Below are positions 28,356-43,300 of a DNA stretch of 64,000 nucleotides, piece by piece. Below the pieces are notes generated by a model. That model was not told the DNA's origin. It saw only the letters and a list, made by a program, of their open reading frames with translations, and searched no databases. The stretch spans positions 25,234,001 to 25,298,000 of the forward strand of contig OX597835.1 in the NCBI GenBank assembly GCA_951406725.2, in the 5' to 3' direction. The translations under genes and the position numbers were made by a program. How positions within the stretch are numbered: the first letter of the stretch is position 1; every line of letters begins with the position of its first letter. The stretch comes from Octopus vulgaris (Eukaryota).

Positions 28356-31300
28356 GTATATGTATAAAAAATACAAACTGGGACAAGAATGCAAAACATT
28401 TTGATGACGCCACAAAAAACATGGACGGGACATTCGAAGCCTTCAATCTTCAGTCAAGAACCGGATCATCTTCGAGTGGCGCACGTACCCTCTCTCTTAT
28501 ATATATATATATATAGTTGAGGTGTATTCTGTTAAGAACATTGGATGTGATAGCATTGAAATCAAACATTTATTTACAGAGACAGTGGTTATATATCACC
28601 TGAGGAGATACAACTGGGTCCTATTATACAGGTAAACTGTTACTTAATTTAAATCCTGTATACATGTGGATCTACACTGTATCGAAACATGTAGTGGTCA
28701 TTAAACAGCTGTCGAATCGTACTCCTTCCTTTTGACTTTATTTATTCTTTCCTTTTGGGAAGATAGTTTTTGTATGTGGCAGATGCTCAGGAGCAATAAA
28801 CACTGAAAATGTGCAGAGAACAACTTCCGCCACATTCCAGGGAGAAAAACTACAAGTAGTTGATAGCTTCATTTACCTAGGTGACCAAGTCAGTAGCGGG
28901 GGAGGGTGCGCTGAGGACATGCATAAGCTCACAAGGAATGAAGCCAGTATGATCCGATGGATGTGTAATGTCAGTGTGCATACTCGACAGAGTGTAAGTA
29001 CCTTCAGAGAAAAGTTAGACCTAAGAAGCATCAGATGTGGTGGGTAAGAGAGATGATTGTGCTGGTATGGTCATGTGGCAAGAATGGATGAGGATAGCTG
29101 TGTGAAAAAGTGCCAAACTGTAGCAGTTGAGGGAACCTGTGGAAGAGGCAGACCCAGGAAGACCTGGGATGAAGTGGTGAAGCACAACCTTCGAACATTA
29201 GGCCTCAGAAGCAATGACTAGTGACTGAGACTTTTGGAAATATGCTGTGCTTGAGAAGACCCAGCAAACCAAGTGAAACCATAACCTCGTGGTTTATGCC
29301 AGGGGTGTAACCAGCCCACTTACGCGTACCTTTCCTTCACTTGACACTAAACTCTGCTTGCGAAGACCTGTTGAGGCAAGTGAAATCAAAATCAAATTTG
29401 ATGACTGGCATCCGTGCTAGTGGAGCGCTAAGAGCACCATCCGAGCATGATCGTAGCCAGAGCAGCTAACTGGTTTCCATGCTGGAGGCATGTAAAAAGT
29501 ACCATTCAAACGTGCTATATGATTACAACCTCACATAGGAGATAGACCATAAGCAGGATGTGGGAATGGCATTAAACCTTTAGAAGTGTTCATGGGAGAC
29601 AACCGAAGGCTGTCAGAGGATAGGGACTTCCGGTACTGGTGGTGGGGGTGAGAGATTTATATGTATACAAATGTGTATATGTATGCATTTCTGTGTGTGT
29701 ACGTTATGCAATTGTACCCACTTTGTCGATATGATATCAAATACTTGAGATATTCATCATGCTACTATAAACATCTACAAAATAATTAAAGTAAAATATA
29801 TTTGTTAATTGCTTACATTTTTCCTATAAAAACACTTAATACCATTGATTCGTCGCTCAACCTTAAAACTTCAGAAAGTCTTCGGTAAACCTATAAAATA
29901 AACAATAAAAAGATAGGAACTAATAAATAAATACACGCAAATCACTAAATAGTTTCACATCTTAGAGATTATACAACAAAATTGATTGAGAACACTGTGT
30001 AACATGATCTTTGACCTTAAGTAGCAATGGTTATTTCCTTTAACCATTACTTTTGTTACATTTATTCAAACCCAAAGAATCCCTCTCAATGCATGGCTAT
30101 GATGCTACCCCACTATTCCAGATCATGATCAGAGATGCACATACTGTCAGCCACTAAGGGACATGTGCAAGTAGTTATGGTCAAGTGACTGACAAGCAAA
30201 TCTGCAGCACTGAGCAGAATATTTGCTGTAGCCCATTTTTATAGCCAAGTCAAATATCCTGCTCAGTATCACAGATTTGCTTGTTAGTTGCTTGACCTTA
30301 ACCAGTTGAGCATGTCCCTTGGTGGCTGACAATATGTGCATCTCTGATCATGAGCGCGAGTGGTGGGGGAGCATCATAACCATGTGTTGAGAGGGATTCT
30401 TTGGAGTCTGAATAATTCACAATCCTTAAACCTTATTTAGGAACCGTTTTAAGTGGGATGAGCTACATGACCTGAAGAAAATTCTAACAGGACCCCACCC
30501 CACCTGCAAGGTCATGTGCTGTTTATCTTGATATGAGATAACAATGTCACTCACATGTGGTTGTGATGCATGTGCCTGGTGTACCCTTATCAGAAGGGTA
30601 GTCATGATGGGTATACTGGGCTTCATATATTTGTACCCTGATGTCACTTTGATGGCATGCACTGCTCTCTCAATAATAATAATAATAATAATTATGTTTT
30701 CAAATTTTGGCACTAGGCTAGCAGGTTTGGAGAGGGGCTAAATCATTTAAATTGACCCTAGCGTTCAACTGGCACTTATTTTATTGACCCTGGTGGAATT
30801 TGAATTCAGAATGCCACTAAGCATTTCGCCTGGTGTGCTGACAACCCTGCCAACTTGCCATCTTAATGATGATGAGGAGAAAAAGAAGAATAGTAGTGAT
30901 GGCTTCAAATTTTGATACAAGGCCAGCAATTTCGGCATTTGAACTCAGAACAAAATTGGAATTAATACTGCTAAGTATTTTGTCAGGCATGGTAACAATT
31001 CTGCCAGCTCACTGCATTCCAATAATAATAAAGACAATAATGATGATGATGATGATGATAATAATAATAATAATAATCCTTTTTACTGGAGGCACAAGGC
31101 CTCAGATTTGTGGGGACAGGACTAGTCAATTACACTGACCCCTGAGTTTAACTGGTACTTAATTTATCGACCCCCAAAAGGATGAAAGGCAAAGTCAACC
31201 TTGGCATAATTTGAACTCAGAACGTAGTGTTGAGGAAAATACTGCTAAACATTTCACCCAGTGTGCTAACGATTCTGCCAGCTCACCATCTTAATAATAA

Positions 31301-34300
31301 TAATATTATCAACAACAGGCAATGAGTTAGCAGAATTGTTATCATGCTGGGCAAAATGTTTAACGGTATTTCGTCTGATGCTACATTCTGAGTTCAAATT
31401 CCACCGAGGCCAATTTTGCTTTACACCCTTTTGGGGGTCGATTAAATAAATACCAGTTATGCACTGGGATCGATGTAATCAACTTAATCCCTTTGTCTCT
31501 CCTTGTTTGTCCCCTCTATGTTTAGCCCTTGTGGGCAATAAAGAAATAAATATTATCTACAGCAGTAATAACAATTATAACAAAAACAAAAAAAAATGTG
31601 CCTGACCTTTGAAGTTTTCTGTACTTGATCACCAACATAAATCTTCCGAAACTGTTCAAAGAAACTCAAGATGGCAAGTTCTAGTTTTTCACAACCACTC
31701 TGTTGTAAACGAGAGTCGGTGAGATTCATCAACTGCAGTACTCTGTAATCAGATTATAAACACCATCGATGTTATGAAGATGCCTTTAAACAGTTACCTA
31801 ACTGCTTACAGCTTGCTGCTACATAGTTACAATACAGCCACCCCCTGGAAAACAAACTGTCTAACTCTTACAATACAGCCACCCCCTGGAAAACAAATTG
31901 TCTAACTCTTACAATACAGCCACCCCTGGAAAACAAATTGTCTAATTCTTACAATACAGCCACCCCTGGAAAACAAATTGTCTAACTCTTACAATACAGC
32001 CACCCCCTGGAAAACAAATTGTCTAACTCTTACAATACAGCCACCCCCTGGAAAACAAATTGTCTAACTCTTAGAATACAGCCACCCCTGGAAAACAAAT
32101 TGTCTAACTCTTACAATACAGCCACCCCCTGGAAAACAAATTGTCTAACTCTTACAATACAGCCACCCCTGGAAAACAAATTGTTCAACTCTTACAATAC
32201 AGCCACCCCTGGAAAACAAATTGTCTAACTCTTACAATACAGCCACCCCCTGGAAAACAAATTGTCTAACTCTTAGAATACAGCCACCCACTGGAAAACA
32301 AATTGTTCAACTCTTACAATACAGCCACCCCCTGGAAAACAAATTGTCTAGTCACCCCCTGGAAAACAAATTGTCTAGTCACCCCCTGGAAAACAAATTG
32401 TCTAACTCTTACAATACAGCCACCCCTGGAAAACAAATTGTCTAACTCTTACAATACAGCCACCCCTGGAAAACAAATTGTCTAACTCTTACAATACAGC
32501 CACCCCCTGGAAAACAAATTGTCTAACTCTTACAATACAGCCACCCCTGGAAAACAAATTGTCTAACTCTTACAATACAGCCACCCCCTGGAAAACAAAT
32601 TGTCTAACTCTTACAATACAGCCACCCCTGGAAAACAAATTGTTCAACTCTTACAATACAGCCACCCCTGGAAAACAAATTGTTCAACTCTTACAATACA
32701 GCCACCCCCTGGAAAACAAATTGTCTAACTCTTACAATACAGCCACCCCTGGAAAACAAATTGTCTAATTCTTACAATACAGCCACCCCTGGAAAACAAA
32801 TTGTCTAACTCTTACAATACAGCCACCCCCTGGAAAACAAATTATCTAACTCTTACAATACAGCCACCCCCTGGAAAACAAATTGTCTAACTCTTACAAT
32901 ACAGCCACCCCTGGAAAACAAATTGTCTAACTCTTACAATACAGCCACCCCCTGGAAAACAAATTGTCTAACTCTTACAATACAGCCACCCCCTGGAAAA
33001 CAAATTGTCTAACTCTTACAATACAGCCACCCCCTGGAAAACAAATTGTCTAACTCTTACAATACAGCCACCCCCTGGAAAACAAATTGTCTAACTCTTA
33101 CAATACAGCCACCCCCTGGAAAACAAATTGTCTAACTCTTAGAATACAGCCACCCACTGGAAAACAAATTGTCTAACTCAACGAATGTTCACATAACAAT
33201 ATGGACAATATTTATCAATGTGTTCAATATCGTTTTCCTTTTTAAATCTTTTACTTGTTTCAGTCCTTAGACTTCAGCTCTGCTGGATCGCCACCTTGAA
33301 GAATTTTTAGTGGAATGAATTGACTCCAGTACTTAGGTTTACAAGCCTGGCACTTACTCTATCAGTCTCTTTGGCCAAACCACTAAGTTACAGTGATGTA
33401 AACACACTAACGCTGGTTGTCAAATGGTATTAAGGAACAAACACAAAAACCACACACACACACACACATGATGATGATCTTTTAGTTTCCATCAAGCTAA
33501 TCTATTCACAAAGCTTTGGTCAGCCTAGGCTCAAGGTTCCATGCAGTGTGACTGAACCCAGATCCATGTGGTTGGGAAGAAAGCTTCTTACCACACAGTC
33601 ACACCTGCACCTATAGAACATATTATAATTAACGTTAATTAAGATCATAACTTTTCACAACATTAACTTCATCTTTAGAAGCAAAACATTTGTAAAAATC
33701 ATTTTCATTTTATGTGCCACCAGCATACAAAAAGCATCCAGCACCCTTTGATAAGTGGTTGGCATTAGGAAGGGCATCCAGCTATAGGAACCCTGCCACA
33801 ACAGACAGTTGGAGTCTGAACAGCTCCCTGCTAGCCAGCTGCATGTCAAACCATCTAACCCATGCCAGCATGGAAAGCAGACGCTAAACAACCATGGTGA
33901 TCATGAACTTCTCATCACTAAATATGAGGTTAAGTGCAAGTGTGACAGTGTGGTTAAGAAACTTGGTTCCCAGCCATGTAATCTCAGGTTCAATCCCACT
34001 GCAGAGCACCTTAGGCAGTTGTCCTCTATTATAGCTCTGGGCCAACCAAAGTCTTGTAAATGGATTTCATACATAGAAACTGAAAAAAACCCCATCATGT
34101 GTGTGTATATAAATCTCTCTCTCTTTCTCTCTTTCATATATATACATAAGCCCATACCCCCATAGCAGAAGTGTTGAGACAATGCCACATAAAAGCACAC
34201 AGCACACTCTGTAAAGTGGTCGGCATTAGGATGGGCACCCAGCCATAGAAACTGTGCAAAATCCGTTCTGGCCAAACTATCCAACCCATGCCAATATGGA

Positions 34301-37300
34301 CAACGGACATTAAATGATGACGAGGATGATGATGATGATATATATACACAAAAACACACAAGCACATATATTTCCCGACACATCTTCACCCCATCTCTCT
34401 CACTATTGCGCTCTTCATCTTATTCTCTGACTCACCCTTCTTTCTTATCAAACTGGAATATTCATGTATCTACTCTACGGCAAGACACCTATCCCTGTCC
34501 TTCTATACCTCTAATCTCTCATCATCTGGCACAAAACCACCCTTCACTATTACCCACCCCCCATCTCAACACACACACACCTCCCAGCTGAGGGGTTTTT
34601 GTCTTGCAAGCTATTTGATGACCCTGTCAGTACTGGTGCTGGTGCCATGTAAAAAAAAAAACACTGGTGATTGCACCATGTAAAATGCACCGAGTGAACT
34701 CTGTAAAGTGGTTGGCGTTAGGAAGGGCATCAAGCTGTAGAAACCATGCCAAAACAGATAATGGAACCTGTTGCAGCTCTCGGCCATACCAGCTCCTATC
34801 AAACCATCCAACCCATGCCAGCATGGAAAACAGACATTAAACGATGAGATGTGTGCAACATAAAAGTTCTATATAATATAATAGATATAAATATTTACAT
34901 TTTCGCACACAGATTCATACAACGGGGCAACTAGACCTGCTAGAAATGTCACCTTACACTACCTTCAAATCACACCCTACTAATTTACAAAGAACACAAT
35001 GGTTAATGTTATCCTAGCTACACTATGTAACAATAATGATGGGATGGTTACTACTGAACTGTGAAACAAAAATGAAATCATTTACTATCAATGAAACCAA
35101 AAGAAGCAGAACAACATTAAAAAAACAAGGGTGGGGATAGAATGGGAGGAGAGCTGGGGAAGGGGGAGAGTGTTTGTGGAGTAAAAGAAATGTACTTACC
35201 GACATACAAGCTCTCCATCCATAGCATCATGTTCATCTGTACTGGCAAACGATACCCTTCCACCCACAACAGCACCAATTATATACACTAACCATGTTAG
35301 ACGGCCTGGTGGAGAAATATAAACAAGTCATTATTAAACATAGTTTAACTTTATATAAAGCACTGAGATAAAACATTTTCCAAAATTCAAAGAAGACCCG
35401 TCCCTGTATTCAGGAAGGCCCTCCTGCTACAGCAGATTGATACCTGTGCTGGTGTCACATTAAAATCACTAGAGCAAGTGCCATGTTAAAAGCACTCTGG
35501 TGCCAGTGCCACATAAAAAGCACCCAGTACACTCTGCAGAGTGGTTGGCATTAGGAAGGGCATCTAGCTGTAGAAAACATGCCAGAACAGACAATGGTCC
35601 TCGTGTGGCACCAGGACTTACCAACTCAGGTCAAACTATCCATCTCATGCCAGCATGGAAAAGGGACATATGATGATAACGATGATGACTACGATATATG
35701 TTTGAAATAAAGAAATATAAATAGACAGCTGACATTTTTACTTCATATTTCAATATTTCAACTTTTGTTTTAAAAAGACTTCATCATCGTTTAGCGTCCG
35801 CTTTCCATGCTGGCATGGGTTGGATGGTGCAACTGGGGTCTGGGAAGCCAGAAGGCTGCACCAGGCCCAGTCTGAACTGGCACTGTCTCTCCGGCTCGAT
35901 GCCCATCCCCACGCCACCCACACCATGAGTGTAGTGGGTGCTTTTTACGTGCCACCAGCACAGGTGCCAGACAAGGCTGGCAAACGGCCACGGTCGGATG
36001 GTGCTTTTTACGTGCTACCGGCACGGAGGCCAGGCGAAGCTGGCAACGGCCACGATCGGATGGTGCTTTTTCAACTTATCTCCGGTCAGCATAGTTAAAT
36101 GGCCAGACGGGACTAGGACATGCAGATTGGTAGATTCAGTTTTATATTAGCCAATCACTGTTATGCAACACTTAACACTTGTCTGTTACTGATTAGGCAC
36201 CTTGGACAAGTGTTTTCTTCGATAGCCCAGAGTCAACTAATGATTAGCATTAGTGAATGAATTTGGTAGATGGAAACTTTCAAAAGCTTGTGGTGCATGT
36301 ACTAGGGTAAAAAGTACAACTTAAATACTGGGGTTGATGACATTCACTACTCCCACTCCCCTCAAAATTGCTGGCCTTGTGCCAAAAATTGAAACCATTA
36401 TTACTATAGTTACTTAAGGTGGTGAGCTAGCAGAATTGTTACCATGTCGGGCAAAATGCTTAGTGGCATTTCGTCTGCCTTTATATCCTGAGTTCAATTT
36501 CCATTAAGGTCAACTTTGCTCTTCATCCTTTTGGGGATCAATAAAATAAGCACCAGTTGATCCCTGGGGTCGATGTAATCGACTTACCCCTCACCCAAAA
36601 TTGCTGGCCTTGTGCCAAAATTTGAAACCATTATTATTACTATTATTATTTTCATCATTTCTTTGTAATACATCTGCTCTGATAATCAATGGTAAACTTG
36701 ATCAGCAAACTCTCTGCAACAGTCGACAATCGACACCAAAGTGAGCTGCTACGGGTCACACTATCCCAGAGTGTGTATACATGTGACTAGGGACCACATG
36801 TGAACTTGTATTTCCACTGAAACTCTGACCAACTCTACTTGTTGGTCAGCAATTTTGAGAGAGAGAGGCTAAGACAATTACATCACCACGAGGGCTCAAT
36901 TGGTTCATGTTTTATCAACCACGAAAGGATGAAAGGCAAAGTTGACTTCAGCAGAATTTGAACTCACAATGTAAAGATGGATGAAATGCCACTAAGCATT
37001 TCGCCTGAGGGTAGTTTTTCTACATGACTGGCTCCTGTCAACCGTCCTACCTATGCATGCATGGAGGATGGACATTAAATGATGATGATGATGATGCACT
37101 AACAATTCTGCCAGACCACCACTTTACATGTACAAGTAACATTGAATATAATTAATTTACTATATTCTTTTCTACTCTAGGCATAAGGCCCGAAATTTTG
37201 TGAGAGGGGGCCAGTCGATTAGATCAACCCCAATATGCAACTGGCACTTAATTTATCGACCCTGAAAGGATGAAAGGCAAAGTCAGCCTTGGCAGAATTT

Positions 37301-40300
37301 GAACTTAGAACGTAAAGACAGATGAAATGCAACTAAGCATTTTGCCTGGCATGCCAACATTTCTGCCAGATCGCCACCTTAATTAGTTTACTATATTCAG
37401 AAAGCCCAACATAATATATAGCATGTCCACTGAAGGCAGCACTGCTCATCATCACCATCAACGTTATTTAGCATCTGCTTCTCATGCTGGCATGAGTTAG
37501 ATGGTTTGACTGAAACTAGTAAGCTGGGGGGGCTGCACCAGGTTCCAATCTGATTTGACATGGTTTTTATGGCTGGATGTCCTTCCTAACACTAACCAAT
37601 CCAAGAATGTAATGGGTGCTTCTTATATGCCAGTTGCATGTCACCGACACTGGCCACAACTACAATGCCACTTGGCTTTGTAATGGGTGCTTCTTATATG
37701 CCAGTTGCATGTCACCGACACTGGCCACAACTACAATGCCACTTGGCTTGACGGGTCTTCTCAAGCTTGGTATATCACTTGTCATTGCCTCCGTGAGGCC
37801 CATTACATGGTATACTCATTCTCTCATTAACTTGTTTCAGTCATTTGACTGTGGCCATGCTGGAGCACCGCCTTTAGTCGAGGAAATCGACCCCAGGACT
37901 TATTCTTTGTAAGCCTAGTATTTATTCTATCGTCTCTTTTGCTGAACCGCTAAGTTACGGCGACGTAAACACACCAGCATCGGTTGTCAAGTGATGTGGG
38001 GGGGAGGTGACAAACACAACACACAAACATACACACATATATATACATATATACGATGGACTTCTTTCAGTTTTCGTCTACCAATGTGGAAAGAAACAGG
38101 ACAGTTAAGGTTTGCATGCAGTTTTCTTCCTCCTTTGGTTTGTTTTTGAATTAAAAATGTATCAATTAAGGTCCAGTTTCAATCCCAAACTAGCATCACT
38201 CCACTTGTGTCGCTTTTTGAGAAAGACACAAACATCAGGAAAACCTACATTCTCCTCTTTACTACCATTCCCACAGACATGACAAACGGAGAATGTAGGG
38301 AATCCGTTGTCATCTGAGCCACTCACCTTGCTGAACTGCTACTTCTACACTTTGTCCGCCAGATGAAATCAGTTCTTGGTACCGCTGAGCTGCTTCGTCA
38401 AACAGCTGCACAAGTAATGCACAGGTTTTCTCGTACTCACAACGTCCGATAGTTGATAGCTGCAATCAGAGAGAAACATGTACAATAAAACTGCACAGCT
38501 GACACCTTCAGAAATATATTCTTTTATTTTTTTATGTTTCAGTCATTTGACTGCAGCCATGCTGGAGCACTGCCTTTAAAGATTTTAGTCGAACAAATTA
38601 AAATTTAAAAAAAAATTTTTTAAGCCTAGTACTTATTCTGTTGGTTTCTTTTGCCAAACTGCTAAGTTACAGGGATGTAAACACACACAACACTGGTTGT
38701 CAAGCAATGGGGGCTAAGGGGAAGGCAAATACACACACACACACGATGGGCTTCTTTCAGTTTCTGTCTTCCAAATCCACTCTCAAGGCTTTGGTCAGCC
38801 GGAGGCACTTGCCCAAAGTGCCACACAGTGGGAGTGAACCTGTTTTTCAAGGAAAGGATCTCTTATTCTATACATATGTGAAGGCAACAAACCAGTTTAT
38901 GATTTGTTGACAGGTGATATAAAAAAACTACACCACCACTTGTAGCTTGGCGATTTTCAAAGAAACATAAATGTAAACACTTACACACACATATATAAAT
39001 ACACATGACAGGTTTCTTTCAGTTTCTGTTTATCAGAACCACTTACAAGGCCTTGGCTAGCCGTGTGTGTGTGTAAGAGAGACAGAGAGTCCAAGTGAAT
39101 GTGCATTGCATGTGCCAGGACACACAGCGTCCCCAAAGTTCATCCCCTCCTCACCATGGTGGGGACGCTGGCAACGGGTAGTGACAGAGCTATGCCGTCA
39201 GGAACTTCGGTTCCTGGTAGGGCCACCCAAGGCGGATTGGTCTGACACCGAGTGGTAATAGGGCCACAACCCAGCAGACGGGGCTCCGGTGAAAATCCTC
39301 CGACTGTCTGTTTCAGCAACCAGCGGCTCTTCAGTCGTTCTGTCTCTGCGTCTGCGGACAATCTGTGGCAAACAGGATGTCTCTACATGCGGGATTGTTG
39401 GGGACTGCTTGTGAAATCCACATATTCCCACAAAACTTCTTCCATGAGAAGAAGCCGACTCAACCCGCCCAGGGTGAATGTCGCCACAAGTACAAGTAAG
39501 TAAGCACACAAACACTGTATGCATAAGCATCGATTCAAACCAAACATCCATTGCTCCACTCTCATTTGCTTATCTCTATCTGCACCAGTTTAGGAAATAA
39601 GAAATAACAAACAGACCAACTCACCTGATCTAGTTGTTGAGTTACCATCCCATTATCTTCTAAAGGATCTTCAAGGCCCTCGCTGGAATTAAAAGACAAA
39701 AATATGTCCAATTACAAGCATTTACATATTTGTGGAAAAAACAATAATCAAAAATGCTTTTCTTTAAAGCCTAAAAACTTAAAATCTTAAACCAAACTTT
39801 GGTCATGAATTACCATAGGATTGCACCTAGAAAGTTTATTTCTGAGGTCCAAGTCCAGGCAAAGTTGTTTATGGAAGACCAGCAGTCGTCCATGCATACT
39901 GGCCTCCCCTCTCCACACCACCAATGTTATCCATGGAAAAGGCAAAAGCTGATACAGCTTGGCACCAGTGACGTCACAATTCGTTTCTACAACTGAGTGA
40001 ACTGGAGCAACATGAAATAAAGTGTCTTGCTCAAGAACACAACACACAGCCCAGTCAGGGAATCAAACTCACAACCACGCGATCATAAGCCTGATGCTCT
40101 CAGCACTGAGGCCATGTGAGTTCACCTTACACGATACACATGTACTACAACAATAAAGAAAGACTAAAACCTGAAAATCTTTAGATTACTTTAAAATCTT
40201 TAATCATAATCTTCAATTTTTTTTCTCCATCTCTGAGAAAGAAAATGCATGCAGGAGCATACACTCAATCCATAACTGATAGAATGGTCCATATGGTAAG

Positions 40301-43300
40301 ACATGATGAACTCAACATTGTACGCTAGTAAAATATTTGACATTTATAGAGTGTGCCAACTGGTGAAAAACGATAAGCTGTATCTTCTGCCATTGGTGTA
40401 GTAAGTAATAAGTTATATTAAGTAAAAACAAATAACTACCCCTATTGGTCCAGAAAAAATTAGACATGGCTTAGATCTGGCTAAAAGATATGGTTCATCA
40501 GTCAACCTCGTTAACTATTTGTCCAATACAATTTCAGCTCAGTCAGTCGGTTAAATGAATAGCTAAATTAATTTAAGCATGAAACCCATAATTCTAAGTG
40601 AAGGGGTCAGTTGATACCATTGACCTCAGTACATGACTGCTACTTTACTTTATCAAGACCCAAAAGTATGAAAAGTAAAGTCAACTTCAGTGGGATTTGA
40701 ACTCAGAAAATAAAGAACCAGAATGAATACTGCAAAGCATTCTCTTTTTTTTTCTTTCAACACTAATGAATAATTCTGCCCATCCACCACCATCAAATAA
40801 AGAAAGAGCTATCTTACGTGAGGGCCACATGGACAGATTCCATCCTTGAGGTAATATAGGCTTTAGTGACTTCTGGTGTGTAGGTTTCTAAAAGATGAGG
40901 TTCTGAAGCTTTCACATAAGGAACTGAAGCCACCATACGCTGCCACAAACTCAATAAATAATGTATGCTGTTTGGTGCGCATTGCCACATCTGGAAAAAT
41001 AGATCACAAATATTGTAAACATCAGAAAAGGACTGAGAGTCACACATCATCATCATCATCATTTAACAATTTTTCCATGCTTGCATGAGCTGTTGGCAAA
41101 TTTCAGAAAAGGTTGAATGTTTTGAAGGATATAGAGTCCTAACAGCTCACAAGTGATATCTTTATAATGACCAGAGTTGTCTGGTTTTAAAGTTGAGCAA
41201 CTGAAACAGGAACAAAAAGATACTTACACGTAAACTAGTTACTGTAAATTCAGCAATGAGTTTAATAATTTCAGGATAGTTATCTACTTTTACAAGTTCC
41301 CCTAGCTGATAATTTGATTTCAAGCGGGCAAGCAACCGACAAAATTCATGGTAGTTATTAGGATGTGACAAACTCTGTAAAGAGAAAGAGAATACGATAA
41401 TAATTAAGAAATGACAAACTATGTATGGAGAAATGTAACAAGGTTTAGATTTTTAAGGGTTGCAAAATTTGAATTTTCAAATTAAAAATGAACAGAAAAG
41501 CAAACATGTTTTTAAAAGGGCAAATATTTATCACTAAATAGTTATTGTTTCAACATCATAACTACAACACAAATAAATTTAACAAATATGAAAGAAACTG
41601 AGAGAAAGGATAAGACAAAGACAGAATCTTTAGCATGATGGATTCTAGATTCTGTCTGGAAATATTTGTCAAGGTGCGGATGTTGATGTCTGCCTGTGGT
41701 GAGATAAACACATGGTGAGCTAGCTCTTGCACATGAATCAGTATCATGTACAACACACACAATCAAAACTAGAGGTGAGGTCCAAAGACAAGTCTAGAGG
41801 TACTTATTTTATCAACCCCGAGAGGATGAAAGGCAGTGGAATTTGAACTCAGAACGCAAGCATTTTGCCCAGCATGGTACCAATTCTGCCAGCTCACTGC
41901 CTTAAACAAAGCCTTAATTATTACTATCTCCAATAAGGAAATCTGGTGCTTTTAGTAATGCACTTCAACAATGAACCAATGAGACAACAGGCAAAAGTAC
42001 TGACAAAGCACGTGTTCTTACTTTGGTCCATAGTCTAATATGTTAGCAATCCTGGCTAAAAAGTTTTATTAATGAGGTTTCAAAGAGATGGCAACTTACC
42101 TGTGGATGTTCTAAAATGCGTCGTACACCAGCAACAAGATGATTAAGAAACTGGGCCCTTTCATCATTATTAAACAATGAACGCCGAACTGATGCAACTT
42201 GTACAAGACAAGAGAGAGCCTGTAATAGAATGAGCATATAATAAATGTAGGTGTTTGAATGTGTGTGCGAGTGCACAAGTATATGTGAATGTATGTATGT
42301 ATGTTATATACAAATATACAAACAGATAGACAGACAGACAGATAGATAGACAATGAGACGGTTGCACAGAATAAAGATATAATGTGTATTTGAACATGTG
42401 TATGAGTGCACAAATATATGTAACCATATGTATGTAATGTACGTAAAGTATTGAAAGTGGTGTAAGTATGTTAGAGGGACAGGAACAGGTGTCTTGCTGA
42501 AGAGGTGAATATAGAGCTTCTCCAGCTTGAATGAGAGAGCAAGAAAGAGAGAGAGAGAGAACAGGGACAGAGGACCAGAAAGGGTCATCTTCTTCTTTAA
42601 TCCCTAGCTGGTAACTGGAGGGGAACGCTGTCCTTTCAACCAATACACTGCTGTGGGTGTCACTGGATGATGGTCTCTGGTGATGATGCTATTCAATGCT
42701 TTCCAATTCATGGCACTAGCTTTAGCATGCTTGATGTCGAAGCACAGCAGCTTCAGGTCTTGCTCAATTTGTTTCGACCATGCCTTATTTGATGCACTGC
42801 ACTGGATTATCCAGTGATTGGGCCACTGCTGCCACAAATTTAGGTGTGGGAGTCTTCCGGTGCTTATCCTCCAGACATGGCCAAACCACTGTAGCCTGCA
42901 TGGTCAGACTTGGTCTTCAACGGTCGACTGTTGCTGGCATTGCCCTCGAATGTGAAAAGGGTCAGTGGGTAGGCTAAATTTGTGAGATGAGAGATGACTA
43001 GAGATGGTGTTTGAGGTGGATGCAGTAAATATTGGTGTGGGGTATATGGAGGAAATAGGAGTGAACCCAGGAGCAGCAGGTGATAAAGGTCTTCAGGTAA
43101 TAATCAAATATATTTAAACCAGAAAGCTTTTGCAACTCACCATTGAAGATAATGAAGATGGGAGTCCTGCATACAAATCAAAAAATAACTGTAGCGTACT
43201 GAAATCAAGGAAAACTGGAAAAAAAAAAAGATTAAATAGGTTTAGTGATGAGAGACAAACCATAAACAAAACAAAGAGAAAAAAATTACAATAAATCAAT

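Noticed and set aside
28420-28475. CTGAAGA...GAA hammerhead candidate (minus strand)
   Set aside because: Lacks GAAA, stem III and stem I pairing; looks like a truncated repeat fragment
31827-33179. CRISPR-like array or repetitive ORFs ([12 protein letters not shown]...)
   Set aside because: No unique spacers, no cas genes, eukaryotic intron; the ORFs are translations of the minisatellite
37608-37749. Exact 71-bp tandem duplication
   Set aside because: Lies within a common repeat; ordinary slippage or assembly artefact
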